Sequence record: NC_048046.1
Length of the DNA stretch: 64,000 nt
Direction: 5' to 3' (one strand)
The stretch's first letter is position 1. Each line of letters starts with the position of its first letter. A program made the position numbers and the translations under genes. Under the pieces are notes generated by a model. It worked only from the letters and a program-made list of their open reading frames with translations, ran no database searches and had not been told where the DNA came from. This document shows, piece after piece, positions 8,855 through 17,374 of this stretch.

Positions 8855-9796
8855 ATGAAGGACCCTATGCGCAAGCTCATCCTCGCTACCGCCTCCCTGG
8901 CGGCTCTGTTCGCGGCCTCGTCCGCGTTTGCCGGCAACATCACCACCGGCGTGAATGGCTTCAACCAGAACAACACCACCCCGCAACTGTCGGGCACCCT
9001 GCTGACCAACATCAAGGTCGGCGACAAGATCGACGCCTCGGCCGCCGCTGTCGGCAACAACCTGAGCCTCGAAGCCAACGGCAACATCACCATCTCGGCC
9101 GGCAACCTGGACCAGCAGAACAGCGGCCTGCAAGTCGGCGCCCTGATCGTGAACGACTCGAAGCTGAACAAGGGCTCGCTGGAAGCCAAGGCCATCGGCA
9201 ACTCGATCTCCCTGAAGGCCGGCGGCACCGTCGACGGCGGCAACAACGGCATCGAGCAGATCAACAGCGGCCCGCAGATCGGCGCCCTGGTCGTGAATGA
9301 CGTGAAGGCTTCGGGCAACATCGACGCTTCGGCCGTGGCCGTCGGCAACGCCGTCTCGGTCGACGCTGGTACCGACTTCTCCGTCTACGGCGGCGGCTTC
9401 GATCGCCAGACCAACTCGGCCCTGCAAGTCGGCGTCGCCCTGGTGAACGATTCGAAGTTCGGCGGCAAGCTGGACGTCCTGGCCCAAGCCGTCGGCAACA
9501 GCCTGTCGACCGACACCTCGACCACGACCCTGCAATGGTCGCAGCGCAACACCGCGCCGCAGTTCGCCCTGGCCGCCGTCACCGACGTCAAGGCCTCGGG
9601 CAACACCTCGATCTCGTCGGTCGCCGCCGGCAACCTGATCAACGTCTCGACCAACTCGATCGGCCAGACCGCGATCTTCCAGACCAACTTCGCGCCGCAA
9701 GTCGCCGCCACGTACATCGCCGGCAGCAACTTCTCGGCCGACCTGACCGCCGGCTCGACCGCGATCGGCAACTCGGTGAGCGTCAAGGCCCACTAA
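8855..9796 (+). CDS. HfaD-like secreted beta-solenoid/amyloid-like repeat protein
   Basis: signal peptide; repeated A-x-A-[VI]-GN-S and Q-x-N-x-x-x-Q units; follows hfaB-like. Confidence 0.7.
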   Translation: MKDPMRKLILATASLAALFAASSAFAGNITTGVNGFNQNNTTPQLSGTLLTNIKVGDKIDASAAAVGNNLSLEANGNITISAGNLDQQNSGLQVGALIVNDSKLNKGSLEAKAIGNSISLKAGGTVDGGNNGIEQINSGPQIGALVVNDVKASGNIDASAVAVGNAVSVDAGTDFSVYGGGFDRQTNSALQVGVALVNDSKFGGKLDVLAQAVGNSLSTDTSTTTLQWSQRNTAPQFALAAVTDVKASGNTSISSVAAGNLINVSTNSIGQTAIFQTNFAPQVAATYIAGSNFSADLTAGSTAIGNSVSVKAH

Positions 9797-9829
9797 GCCT
9801 TCGATCTGAACTGAGATACTGGAATACGG

Positions 9830-9861
9830 AAAGCCCGGCGCGTGCGCCGGGCTTTTCTTTT
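9830..9861 (+). terminator. Rho-independent terminator
   Basis: AAAGCCCGGCGC-GT-GCGCCGGGCTTT followed by TCTTTT. Confidence 0.9.
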
Positions 9862-9876
9862 ACCTGACACCAAGTG

Positions 9877-9907
9877 TTGACAGCCGGCGCCGGGCCAGTC
9901 TAAAACC
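9877..9907 (+). promoter_or_regulatory. class A phage promoter
   Basis: GTTGACAGCCGG...TCTAAAAC. Confidence 0.7.
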
Positions 9908-9932
9908 GACATCTGATTTGACAGGAGACCCC

Positions 9933-10616
9933 GTGACCAAGAAGAGCCGATACATCGCTCCAGCGCTCGCGCAGGACGTCCTGGAGAACAGTCGTTTCTT
10001 CGGTGAAGATGCGGTCTTCCAGGGCACGTTCTTCGAGGGCGACGAACGCCTGCTGATCATTGTGGGCGAGAACGCGTCGGGCAAAAGCCTGCTCTTCCGC
10101 GTCCTCGCGGCCTGGGCCAAGAAAGACCACAAGGTCACCGGGATCACCATCTCAATCCGGGAGCGCACCGATAGCTCGGTACCCTTCCGCCGGATGTTCA
10201 TGTTCGGCGAAGAGAGCGAGAAGTCCACCGGCGCCAACTCCTTCCAGGTGATCGAGTCTGGCTTCAAGAACGCTGAGAGCGGCGGTCACGGCCAGACGCT
10301 CCTCATGCTGGACGAGCCCGAGATTGGCCTGTCTGACGGCTATGCTCGTGCGCTCGGTGAGTATCTCGGGCAGCGTGCTCTGACACTCACTGATTCCTGT
10401 CAGGGGTTGGTCGTTGTGACGCACAGCCATAGCCTCGTGCGGGGCGTACTCGCCGGGCTCAAGGCGAAGCCCGCCTTCGTGCATGTCGGCCCTAAGCCGA
10501 AGGCTCTGGATCAGTGGGTCGATGAGCCCGAGCACCGCACGGTCGAAGACCTCACTAAACTCGGCGATGTCGCCCTGGAACGCTGGCGAGCGATCCAGAA
10601 ACTCATGAAGGACTGA
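9933..10616 (+). CDS. stand-alone ABC-type P-loop ATPase
   Basis: Walker A GENASGKS, Walker B LLMLDEPE, H-loop VVVTHS. Confidence 0.8.
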   Translation: MTKKSRYIAPALAQDVLENSRFFGEDAVFQGTFFEGDERLLIIVGENASGKSLLFRVLAAWAKKDHKVTGITISIRERTDSSVPFRRMFMFGEESEKSTGANSFQVIESGFKNAESGGHGQTLLMLDEPEIGLSDGYARALGEYLGQRALTLTDSCQGLVVVTHSHSLVRGVLAGLKAKPAFVHVGPKPKALDQWVDEPEHRTVEDLTKLGDVALERWRAIQKLMKD

Positions 10617-10618
10617 CC

Positions 10619-10930
10619 ATGAAGCGCCTGATCCTCGCGGCTGCGGCCGTCCTTTCCATGTCCGCCTGCACCAAGGGCGACCTGATCGTCTCTAATCAGG
10701 AAGCGGTCGCCGCAGTGCGCCTGCTGGGCGTCAAGGACGTCGTGCTCGAACGACCGCAATTCAACTGCGACGCCTACGGTGATCAGCCGCGTGTTTCGCC
10801 GACCCCTGGTGCGTCGTATCTTCAGAATGGCTACTTCTTTCGAGGCATGCAGAACGGCAAGCCCGTGAAGGGCGCCGTCTGCGTCGGCTACGGCCGCACG
10901 CCGCGTGTCCAGGTTAACGGCATCCAATGA
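10619..10930 (+). CDS. lipoprotein
   Basis: lipobox MSAC after hydrophobic leader. Confidence 0.75.
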   Translation: MKRLILAAAAVLSMSACTKGDLIVSNQEAVAAVRLLGVKDVVLERPQFNCDAYGDQPRVSPTPGASYLQNGYFFRGMQNGKPVKGAVCVGYGRTPRVQVNGIQ

Positions 10931-11388
10931 CGAACGATCGCCTGAAGCGGTCGATTGAGTTCGACCTAACCGACGCACCGATGCTCATGCACGCCATGAG
11001 CATCGCGGCCTGTACCGCCATGATGTGCGGCCAGCCGGGCGCCGATAAGAAGCTGCGCGCCTATAAGGCCATGTTCCAGGCTTTCGTGCCGCCCGAAGCT
11101 GATGGCTTCGTGGAAGAGCGCTGGGCCGAGATGGGCATGGCCCTTCTGACGGCCAAAGCGTTCCATGTCACGGTTCTGCCGCGCTCGTGGGAAAGCTCCA
11201 AGGCGTGGTGGTCTGAGGGGTACCTGACCGTTGTCATCGACGGTAAGTCCTATCATGCCGATCGGGGCGTGCAGCCTTACGTCAAGCGAGGTGATGATGC
11301 TAAGCCTCAAGCCCTGCATCGCTACCTTCAAGATATCGCGCCGATGGATTGCATCGGCACCTGGGACAATGGAAAGGTCCAAGAATGA
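10927..11388 (+). CDS. hypothetical protein
   Basis: ATGA coupling on both ends. Confidence 0.7.
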   Translation: MTNDRLKRSIEFDLTDAPMLMHAMSIAACTAMMCGQPGADKKLRAYKAMFQAFVPPEADGFVEERWAEMGMALLTAKAFHVTVLPRSWESSKAWWSEGYLTVVIDGKSYHADRGVQPYVKRGDDAKPQALHRYLQDIAPMDCIGTWDNGKVQE

Positions 11389-11681
11389 GCGTCGGTCGTA
11401 TCTCCACCTACACCCACAGCGACAAGATCACCCCGAACAAGGGCGCGGCCGTCGTCAAGGTCACCTGTCAGACCGACTTCGCGGCGAAGACCGACGAGTT
11501 CATCGCGTTCGCTGACAAGGTCGCGAAGTTCAGCTTCGCGTCCTTGGTGGTCGCCGGCGACATCTCGGGCTGGAAGCAAGTCATCGAGAGCTTCCCGGAC
11601 CTGGAAGAAGAGCGTCAGGCGCTGAGCAAGACGCTCAAGGAAACCGTCACCGTCGAAGACATCGTGATCCTGACGCTGTGA
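11385..11681 (+). CDS. mini EF-Ts (core subdomain N only), 98 aa
   Basis: VKVTCQTDFAAKTDEFIAFADKV and LEEERQAL align with bacterial EF-Ts EVNCQTDFVAK..F.AFADKV and FEEERVAL. Confidence 0.82.
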   Translation: MSVGRISTYTHSDKITPNKGAAVVKVTCQTDFAAKTDEFIAFADKVAKFSFASLVVAGDISGWKQVIESFPDLEEERQALSKTLKETVTVEDIVILTL

Positions 11682-11800
11682 ATCGGTTCAAGGGCTCCTG
11701 GACTTCGATTCGCCTCGGCCCACTGATGATTCAGCGGGTCGATGGCCGTTTCCAGTGGCGACTAGCGTCCTCGGCGCGCTGGCGGACTCTCTGGTTCTGA
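11678..11800 (+). CDS. small hypothetical protein, 40 aa
   Basis: GTGA overlap; ends just before next promoter. Confidence 0.5.
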   Translation: MNRFKGSWTSIRLGPLMIQRVDGRFQWRLASSARWRTLWF

Positions 11801-11803
11801 GAG

Positions 11804-11835
11804 TTGACAGCCGGCGTGCGGACCTCTAAGCGTGT
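11804..11835 (+). promoter_or_regulatory. class A phage promoter
   Basis: GAGAGTTGACAGCCGG...CTAAGCGT. Confidence 0.7.
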
Positions 11836-11861
11836 CAGGCTAGATCACATCGGAGGGCCGC

Positions 11862-12518
11862 ATGACCAAACACGCCGACAAACGCTCCGTCCATACGGAT
11901 GCACTCGAAACCCTCGGCACGATCATCGGTCCCGAGGAAAAGCGTGACGCGATTCACATCGCTGTCGAGAACGTGGTCGCCGCCGGCATTCTGCGTCCTG
12001 GTGAAGACGTCGGTTTCCTGCCCGACGGCACCGTCTCTTCGAAGGCGGCGAAGTTGGTCGGCATCGTCGACCCCTTCCTGAAAGACTACGTCGAGAAGGG
12101 TCAGCGTTTCTGGCTGCTAGTCTACCCGCGTCAGATCAAGTCGCTGCGGCACGTCTGGACGCATCCGGATTTTCCGGATGAGCCTCAAGCGGTCGCTCAG
12201 CCTGTTCGTGTCTCGCGTGCCAGGACGGTACCCGCGCCTCCTCCTCCTCCTCCTCCGCCTCCAGAACCCGAGCCTAATCCGGAGCCCGCGTCTGGACGCG
12301 AGTGGATCGAACAGTTCGCTGATCGTATCGGTCAGACGTACGACGATCTGATGGCCGCAGCGGATCGCTGGGTTCAGTACAACGACTACACCTACGACAA
12401 CAGCGAGGGCTACAAGGGCTATTGGGAGGAGTTCCAAGAGTTCTGGACCCACTGGTCTCTGGTCACAGGTCGTCCCAAGCCTGAAGACGATTCCAGCTTC
12501 TTCACGTGCTCGTGCTGA
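11862..12518 (+). CDS. conserved phage protein with poly-Pro linker
   Basis: RDAIHIAV...GIVDPFL...FWLLVYP..IKSLRHVWTHPDF; PAPPPPPPPPPEPEP. Confidence 0.75.
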   Translation: MTKHADKRSVHTDALETLGTIIGPEEKRDAIHIAVENVVAAGILRPGEDVGFLPDGTVSSKAAKLVGIVDPFLKDYVEKGQRFWLLVYPRQIKSLRHVWTHPDFPDEPQAVAQPVRVSRARTVPAPPPPPPPPPEPEPNPEPASGREWIEQFADRIGQTYDDLMAAADRWVQYNDYTYDNSEGYKGYWEEFQEFWTHWSLVTGRPKPEDDSSFFTCSC

Positions 12519-13084
12519 CCATGGGCAACTACGGCACGGGTTTCGCAGGCTTCCAGACCTGCATCGACGTCGTCACCGAAGGCATGGGCGGCGCGCCTTA
12601 CACGCGCCGCGCCATCGCTTCGGTGTTCAAGCAGTTCCTCACCTGGGAAATGGACAAGAAGCCGCGCGTCGATTACCGCGCGCCTGATTGGACCGAAACG
12701 ACCGATGAGGCCTTCGACGCCGCCAGCCTCAAGGGCATGGCGTACTTCGAGCGCAACGACCCGGCGCCCGTCCTGGCAACCGCGATCTGGAACGGCCTCC
12801 AACTTCAATTGCGCGCCGACGATTGTAGCCTGCATGGGACGATCTATGGCATGGGCATCGGTCTCGTAGGCTCGCCCACCAGTACCTATGATTCCCGCAA
12901 GCGGACCAACATCCTGAAGTGGTCTCCGGGGCTGCTCGACACCGGCTGCCTCGTCGTACAGGGCAGCGAATACAGCCGCGACGGCAATAAAAGCGTCTCG
13001 GTTCAATCAGCCGAAGCCGCCACCACGGCGCTGCGAAAGCTGGTTGAACGCCACTTCAAGGTTCAGTTCGAGGACGTCGCATGA
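12506..13084 (+). CDS. hypothetical protein
   Basis: ORF in gene run; start may be ATG 12521. Confidence 0.65.
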   Translation: MLVLTMGNYGTGFAGFQTCIDVVTEGMGGAPYTRRAIASVFKQFLTWEMDKKPRVDYRAPDWTETTDEAFDAASLKGMAYFERNDPAPVLATAIWNGLQLQLRADDCSLHGTIYGMGIGLVGSPTSTYDSRKRTNILKWSPGLLDTGCLVVQGSEYSRDGNKSVSVQSAEAATTALRKLVERHFKVQFEDVA

Positions 13085-13554
13085 AGACCCGTCGCCCCCT
13101 GAAGGGCCTCTCCGACATCAAGCGCGCCGCCCAGCAGTCGCGTACCTATCCGATTACGCCTCCGCGTTCCTCAGATCGCGTGATGCGTGAGGCCGTGGAA
13201 CGCCGTAAACGCGAAGCCGAGACTTGGCTTCGCGAAGCTGAAGAGAAGGCCGCTGCCCGCGAACTAGCGGCGACGACATCCCCGCTCACGGCACGCGAAG
13301 CTGAGGTTAGTTATCGCGGACCGGAGATGCCCGATAAGGGCAAGCGAGACGGCTCCTGCAACGTCACGGCCTGCCAGATGCCGCTGATCGGCAAACCGCA
13401 GTTCATCATGCGCGAGCCCTGGTGCGCCGGCGAACTCTACTACTGCAAGCGATGCAACGATGGCTTCCGCTATTGGGATGAAATCGATCGTCCCGGCACC
13501 TATCGCTGCGAGGCCGATCCGCGCAACGCTGCGCTGGAGGACGAGTTCGCCTGA
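13081..13554 (+). CDS. hypothetical protein with C-terminal Cys motifs
   Basis: CNVTAC...YYCKRC. Confidence 0.7.
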   Translation: MKTRRPLKGLSDIKRAAQQSRTYPITPPRSSDRVMREAVERRKREAETWLREAEEKAAARELAATTSPLTAREAEVSYRGPEMPDKGKRDGSCNVTACQMPLIGKPQFIMREPWCAGELYYCKRCNDGFRYWDEIDRPGTYRCEADPRNAALEDEFA

Positions 13555-14318
13555 TGGGTCGAGGCATCCACACTCACCTGGAAGTCAGTCGCGAAACCCA
13601 GCCCGTCAACGAGGGGATGTTCGAACATCCCAAAGAAGACCGCTGGGTCGATCGCGAATTCGTCCTGACAAAGTGTAATGATCGACTTCGTGCGGACTAT
13701 CGGTGGTACCGGACTACGACTAAAGAGACGCATGTCGACTGCCCCAAGTGCCTCACGAAGATGTCGAAAGAACGTCTACAGGCACGTGTGGGCGGTCCCA
13801 GCCTGCGCCTGGAGAAGAGCGAAGAACGCATCTTCGCGGCCCGCCACGGGACGACCAACGCCGTCTACGTTGATGATGTCCTAGTAGGCTACGTCGCCAA
13901 GGCGGATAAGCGGTGGCGCATCTACCCCCTCATCCACGACGGTGATCAAGTCATCGCCTCAGGGCGGCCTCTTGCGGAGGTAGGGACAGCGTCCATCGAC
14001 TCATATGGGCGCTACGACAGCGAGGCGTTTGGCTTCAAGACCAAGGATGACGCACTCCTGGCCTGCGAGGATTTTCGTGCATCACGACGCCTCAAGTCAA
14101 CCGAGGAGGTCATTGCAGACCGTGAAGCAGCAGAGCGGCGCTGGGAGGATCGTGAGGCCAAGCGGAAGGCGGAAGCCCTGACGGCGGCTCATCGACGCCG
14201 AGACACGCTGGAGGCCCTTCAGGATATCCTCGCTGTTCACCCGCTGACCAACTACCAGCGCGAGGGTCTCGTCACGGCGATCGAGCATTTTTCTATTCCG
14301 CTTGACGACGAGAGTTGA
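13554..14318 (+). CDS. hypothetical protein
   Basis: coupled ORF; VDCPKC motif. Confidence 0.7.
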   Translation: MGRGIHTHLEVSRETQPVNEGMFEHPKEDRWVDREFVLTKCNDRLRADYRWYRTTTKETHVDCPKCLTKMSKERLQARVGGPSLRLEKSEERIFAARHGTTNAVYVDDVLVGYVAKADKRWRIYPLIHDGDQVIASGRPLAEVGTASIDSYGRYDSEAFGFKTKDDALLACEDFRASRRLKSTEEVIADREAAERRWEDREAKRKAEALTAAHRRRDTLEALQDILAVHPLTNYQREGLVTAIEHFSIPLDDES

Positions 14319-14346
14319 CAGCCGGCCGGCGCCCGCCTAAGGCTAA
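14315..14346 (+). promoter_or_regulatory. class A phage promoter
   Basis: GAGAGTTGACAGCCGG...CTAAGGCT. Confidence 0.7.
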
Positions 14347-14396
14347 GGCTCCTGATTTTGCCACCTCACGTGGCGCATAGCAGAGGAGTTTGTCCC

Positions 14397-14822
14397 ATGA
14401 AAATCGTGTCTCAGCCCAACGTCGACAGCGAGGGCCGTCGCGCCGATCCGGTCGACATCCACGTGGGTAAGCGCATCCGCATGCGTCGCAAGACTCTCGG
14501 CGTCAGCCAGGAGCAACTCGCCAGCGCTCTGGGCCTGACCTTCCAGCAGGTTCAGAAGTACGAGAAGGGTGGCAACCGCGTCAGCGCCAGCAAGCTGCAC
14601 GGCATCGGCAAGTTCCTGGGCGTGCCCGTCGCCTTCTTCTTCGAAGGCCTGGAAGAGACCGCCGACGGCCAAGTCACCACGAACGTCCAGACCCTGTTCG
14701 AAGTCGAGGGCGGCGCCGATCTGGCCGCTGACTTCCTGGCCCTGTCGCCGTTCGAGCGCCAGATGGTCGCCAACCTGACCCGCGACATGTCGCAGCAGCG
14801 TCAACGCGGCAAGGCCGCCTGA
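14397..14822 (+). CDS. XRE-family HTH regulator, alphaproteobacterial type
   Basis: DPVDIHVGKRIRMRRKTLGVSQEQLASALGLTFQQVQKYEKGGNRVSASKL. Confidence 0.92.
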   Translation: MKIVSQPNVDSEGRRADPVDIHVGKRIRMRRKTLGVSQEQLASALGLTFQQVQKYEKGGNRVSASKLHGIGKFLGVPVAFFFEGLEETADGQVTTNVQTLFEVEGGADLAADFLALSPFERQMVANLTRDMSQQRQRGKAA

Positions 14823-14983
14823 TGAACGATCGCGTTCTGGTCCCTATGTGCCTCCTCGCCGGCGTGCTCGTGATCAACGGCACGCGCGGCGTAGGCTGGA
14901 TCGCGCATTACGTCATGCCCGGCCTTGCGCTGGGCGTGGTGTTCTACGTCCTGGTCAAGGTGCTCATGGCGGTGAAACGCTAG
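14822..14983 (+). CDS. small two-TM membrane protein, 53 aa (not in ORF track)
   Basis: TGATG overlap; MNDRVLVPMCLLAGVLVING...LALGVVFYVLVKVLMAVKR. Confidence 0.65.
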   Translation: MNDRVLVPMCLLAGVLVINGTRGVGWIAHYVMPGLALGVVFYVLVKVLMAVKR

Positions 14984-15202
14984 TTGAGTACCCCCATTTC
15001 CATCTTCGATTCTGACGACATTCCCGGCGCCGTGCAAGGCTACGAGGTCCAGATCGCACGCCTACCCAATGGTGAGATCGAAGCCGTAGCTTTCATCGAC
15101 CACGAGCAGGCCGACATGGTCGAAGTCCCGCCGCAGATCGCCATCGAGTTCGCCCGTGCGATCTTGGCGGCGGTCCGCGATCCGTCCGCAACCTTGAACT
15201 GA
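14984..15202 (+). CDS. hypothetical protein
   Basis: abuts previous stop. Confidence 0.55.
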   Translation: MSTPISIFDSDDIPGAVQGYEVQIARLPNGEIEAVAFIDHEQADMVEVPPQIAIEFARAILAAVRDPSATLN

Positions 15203-15211
15203 GCTAACACG

Positions 15212-15754
15212 ATGACGCCCGAAGACCTCAAGTTCACGACCGCGTGGTGGGAACGCCTGCTCGCGGACGACGAGAAGATGGTGCGCTGGCTCCAGAAGCT
15301 GCAAGCTACCGAGTTTTCGGGCTACCAAGACAACCGGGACGCCGCCGCCCGCTGGGGTGGCGGCAACCCTGCCGTCGAGAACGTCTTCATCCAAACGGGC
15401 GATGACGAAATGCGTCACAGCGATCTTCTGATCGACGTGCTGCGCGGTCGCGGTGCTTGGCCGATCGAGAACCCGCCGCCGGAATCTGCCTATTGGGCCG
15501 AGATGGAAGCGGTCACGGATAGCCTCGAAGCGTGCGCCGCCGTTTTCCACCTCGGCGAGCAACTGGCCGCTGATCGGTTCGTAGTGATGTACGGGCACAA
15601 GCGAACGCCGGCCGACATCCTCTACTTCCTGCACCACGCCTTGCCGGATGAACGACACCATGCGCGCGTCTTCCGCAAGCTGACCAACGACGCCACCCTG
15701 GCCCGCATCACGCAGGCGCACAACGAGGCGGTCGTACGCTTGAAGGGCTCTTGA
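15212..15754 (+). CDS. ferritin-like di-iron carboxylate protein
   Basis: paired ExxH motifs DEMRH and DERHH, plus ATEFSGY and LGEQLAAD helices. Confidence 0.75.
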   Translation: MTPEDLKFTTAWWERLLADDEKMVRWLQKLQATEFSGYQDNRDAAARWGGGNPAVENVFIQTGDDEMRHSDLLIDVLRGRGAWPIENPPPESAYWAEMEAVTDSLEACAAVFHLGEQLAADRFVVMYGHKRTPADILYFLHHALPDERHHARVFRKLTNDATLARITQAHNEAVVRLKGS

Positions 15755-15793
15755 CGCCAGGAGGTTGTTTCTTTACAACCTTCTGTGACGATC
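15751..15793 (+). promoter_or_regulatory. class B phage promoter
   Basis: TTGACG..GTTTCTTTACA..GACGATC. Confidence 0.75.
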
Positions 15794-15806
15794 TGAAGGA
15801 GACCCA

Positions 15807-16007
15807 ATGGCTGAACTGCGTCCGACTAACTGGACCTTCTCGACCTCGAACGACGAGATGGTCCTTATCATGAAGGCTTTGGGCGGACGCCTGACGCCGA
15901 AGGAAGCCGCGCTAGCTAAGGCGCTGGGCGACAAGTTGACCCGCGAGCGCGCGCGTCAACTGGAGATCACCATCAAGCAACTGCGTGAAGCGGTCGGCGA
16001 TGCCTGA
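15807..16007 (+). CDS. hypothetical protein
   Basis: RBS AAGGAG after promoter. Confidence 0.7.
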   Translation: MAELRPTNWTFSTSNDEMVLIMKALGGRLTPKEAALAKALGDKLTRERARQLEITIKQLREAVGDA

Positions 16008-16806
16008 GATCACCTTCGTTGACAAGGAAAACGCTGACGGCCTGATCGCGGGGTCTCAGTATAACGCTAGCGTGCGCGTCATGGCCCGCTCGCCCTCGGG
16101 CGTCATCTTCAACGCTCTGGGTGTTCGCTACTGGAACCGCAAAGACGGCTCCAGCTTCCAAGACGTCAAGATCGTCGTACGCGACCGTCCCACCAAGGCG
16201 GGCTTTATCGCTGCCCGCGACGAGATCGACCGCTTCATGGGCGCCGGCGTAGGTGACGCCGTGCTCCGTGCCTGGAGGGAAGGTAAGACCGTCTTGGTCG
16301 ACGGGGGCGGCAAGAAGCTACGCTTACCTCGCACGGAGCAGCGTATCCTGGACACCCAGGCCTTGGCTGCTGTGTCGATCAACAAATCGATCTCGGTCGA
16401 CGGCCGCGTGCCGACCTGCAAGCAATGCGGGAAGCCTCTGCAACCTAAGTTCACTGTTCACCAGATGGGCAAGGAAATCCTCCCGGACCACCCGCGTTCC
16501 TGGGAAGACTGCCAGCGCATGTCGAACTTCGAGGTGGTCGCGATCCGTGGCTATCGAGTCGCCGAAGGGCCTAAGGTCGGTTTCGTAGAATCATTCGACA
16601 CCTGGGATGGACAGAGCACCTTCGATCCTCACTTCTGCGGTGACGCCTGTGCAGCGAGCTACGGTCGACGCGCCGCTGAAGCCTATGCGCCGTTAGGGCC
16701 GAGCGCTCCTGTCCCGAAGCCCGGTTGGCGTCACGACTCGGTGGAGCACTTCGAGCCCGCGCCGGCGCGGGAGATGATCCTGGATGGGAAGGTGTTCAAA
16801 TATTGA
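16000..16806 (+). CDS. hypothetical protein with Cys motifs
   Basis: CKQC and HFCGDAC. Confidence 0.7.
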   Translation: MPEITFVDKENADGLIAGSQYNASVRVMARSPSGVIFNALGVRYWNRKDGSSFQDVKIVVRDRPTKAGFIAARDEIDRFMGAGVGDAVLRAWREGKTVLVDGGGKKLRLPRTEQRILDTQALAAVSINKSISVDGRVPTCKQCGKPLQPKFTVHQMGKEILPDHPRSWEDCQRMSNFEVVAIRGYRVAEGPKVGFVESFDTWDGQSTFDPHFCGDACAASYGRRAAEAYAPLGPSAPVPKPGWRHDSVEHFEPAPAREMILDGKVFKY

Positions 16807-17084
16807 TCCAGATCAAGTCCTCGGACACCGTCATCCACGTCAATCGCGGTCAGATCGACAGCAATCGTATCGCCCTGAAGAGCGACCCCAGCGCCGAGAC
16901 CAAGCCAGTGCTGAAGGCCCAGAAGGGTAAGACCGGCAAGAGCGACTACGGAAACGCGATTGACGTCCTAGATGCCCATGGCGAGGTCGTGGGCACCTTC
17001 GTCTACGATCCGGCTGGCATCCTGGCGTGCGGCGCCAAAGCCGTGTTCATCGCCAAATACGGGGCACGTGTTCGCCATGACTGA
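16803..17084 (+). CDS. conserved small phage protein
   Basis: TTGA overlap; IHVNR...VYDP..LACGAK. Confidence 0.65.
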   Translation: MIQIKSSDTVIHVNRGQIDSNRIALKSDPSAETKPVLKAQKGKTGKSDYGNAIDVLDAHGEVVGTFVYDPAGILACGAKAVFIAKYGARVRHD

Positions 17085-17343
17085 CGCTCCCTCGCCACGC
17101 ATGTTGCTCGCTCAGACCTATGCACGTCAATTCGGTACACAGGTTGAGCGGGTACCGCATGATCGGCGACATCCCAAAGGTAAACGGTTCTATCGTATCG
17201 ACGCCCGAGGCTTCGTGATTGAGGTCCATGCGCTGACCTATATCGTCGTCGCGCAGGTCGTATGCCGCTCGAAAGCCGAAGCTGACGAGTCTATCGCCGT
17301 TCTCTTGGGCCAGAGAGTTGACAGACGACAGCGCACGGGCTAG
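17077..17343 (+). CDS. hypothetical protein
   Basis: overlapping ORF in gene run. Confidence 0.5.
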   Translation: MTDAPSPRMLLAQTYARQFGTQVERVPHDRRHPKGKRFYRIDARGFVIEVHALTYIVVAQVVCRSKAEADESIAVLLGQRVDRRQRTG

Positions 17344-17360
17344 TAGCATCTCCGACGATC
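17318..17360 (+). promoter_or_regulatory. class A phage promoter
   Basis: GAGAGTTGACAGACGA...GCTAGTAG..GACGATC. Confidence 0.65.
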
Positions 17361-17374
17361 ACACGGAGGTACCC

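Noticed and set aside
11720-11765. CTGATGA suggesting a hammerhead ribozyme
   Set aside because: No correctly placed GAAA or flanking stems; the region reads as a coupled 40-aa ORF.
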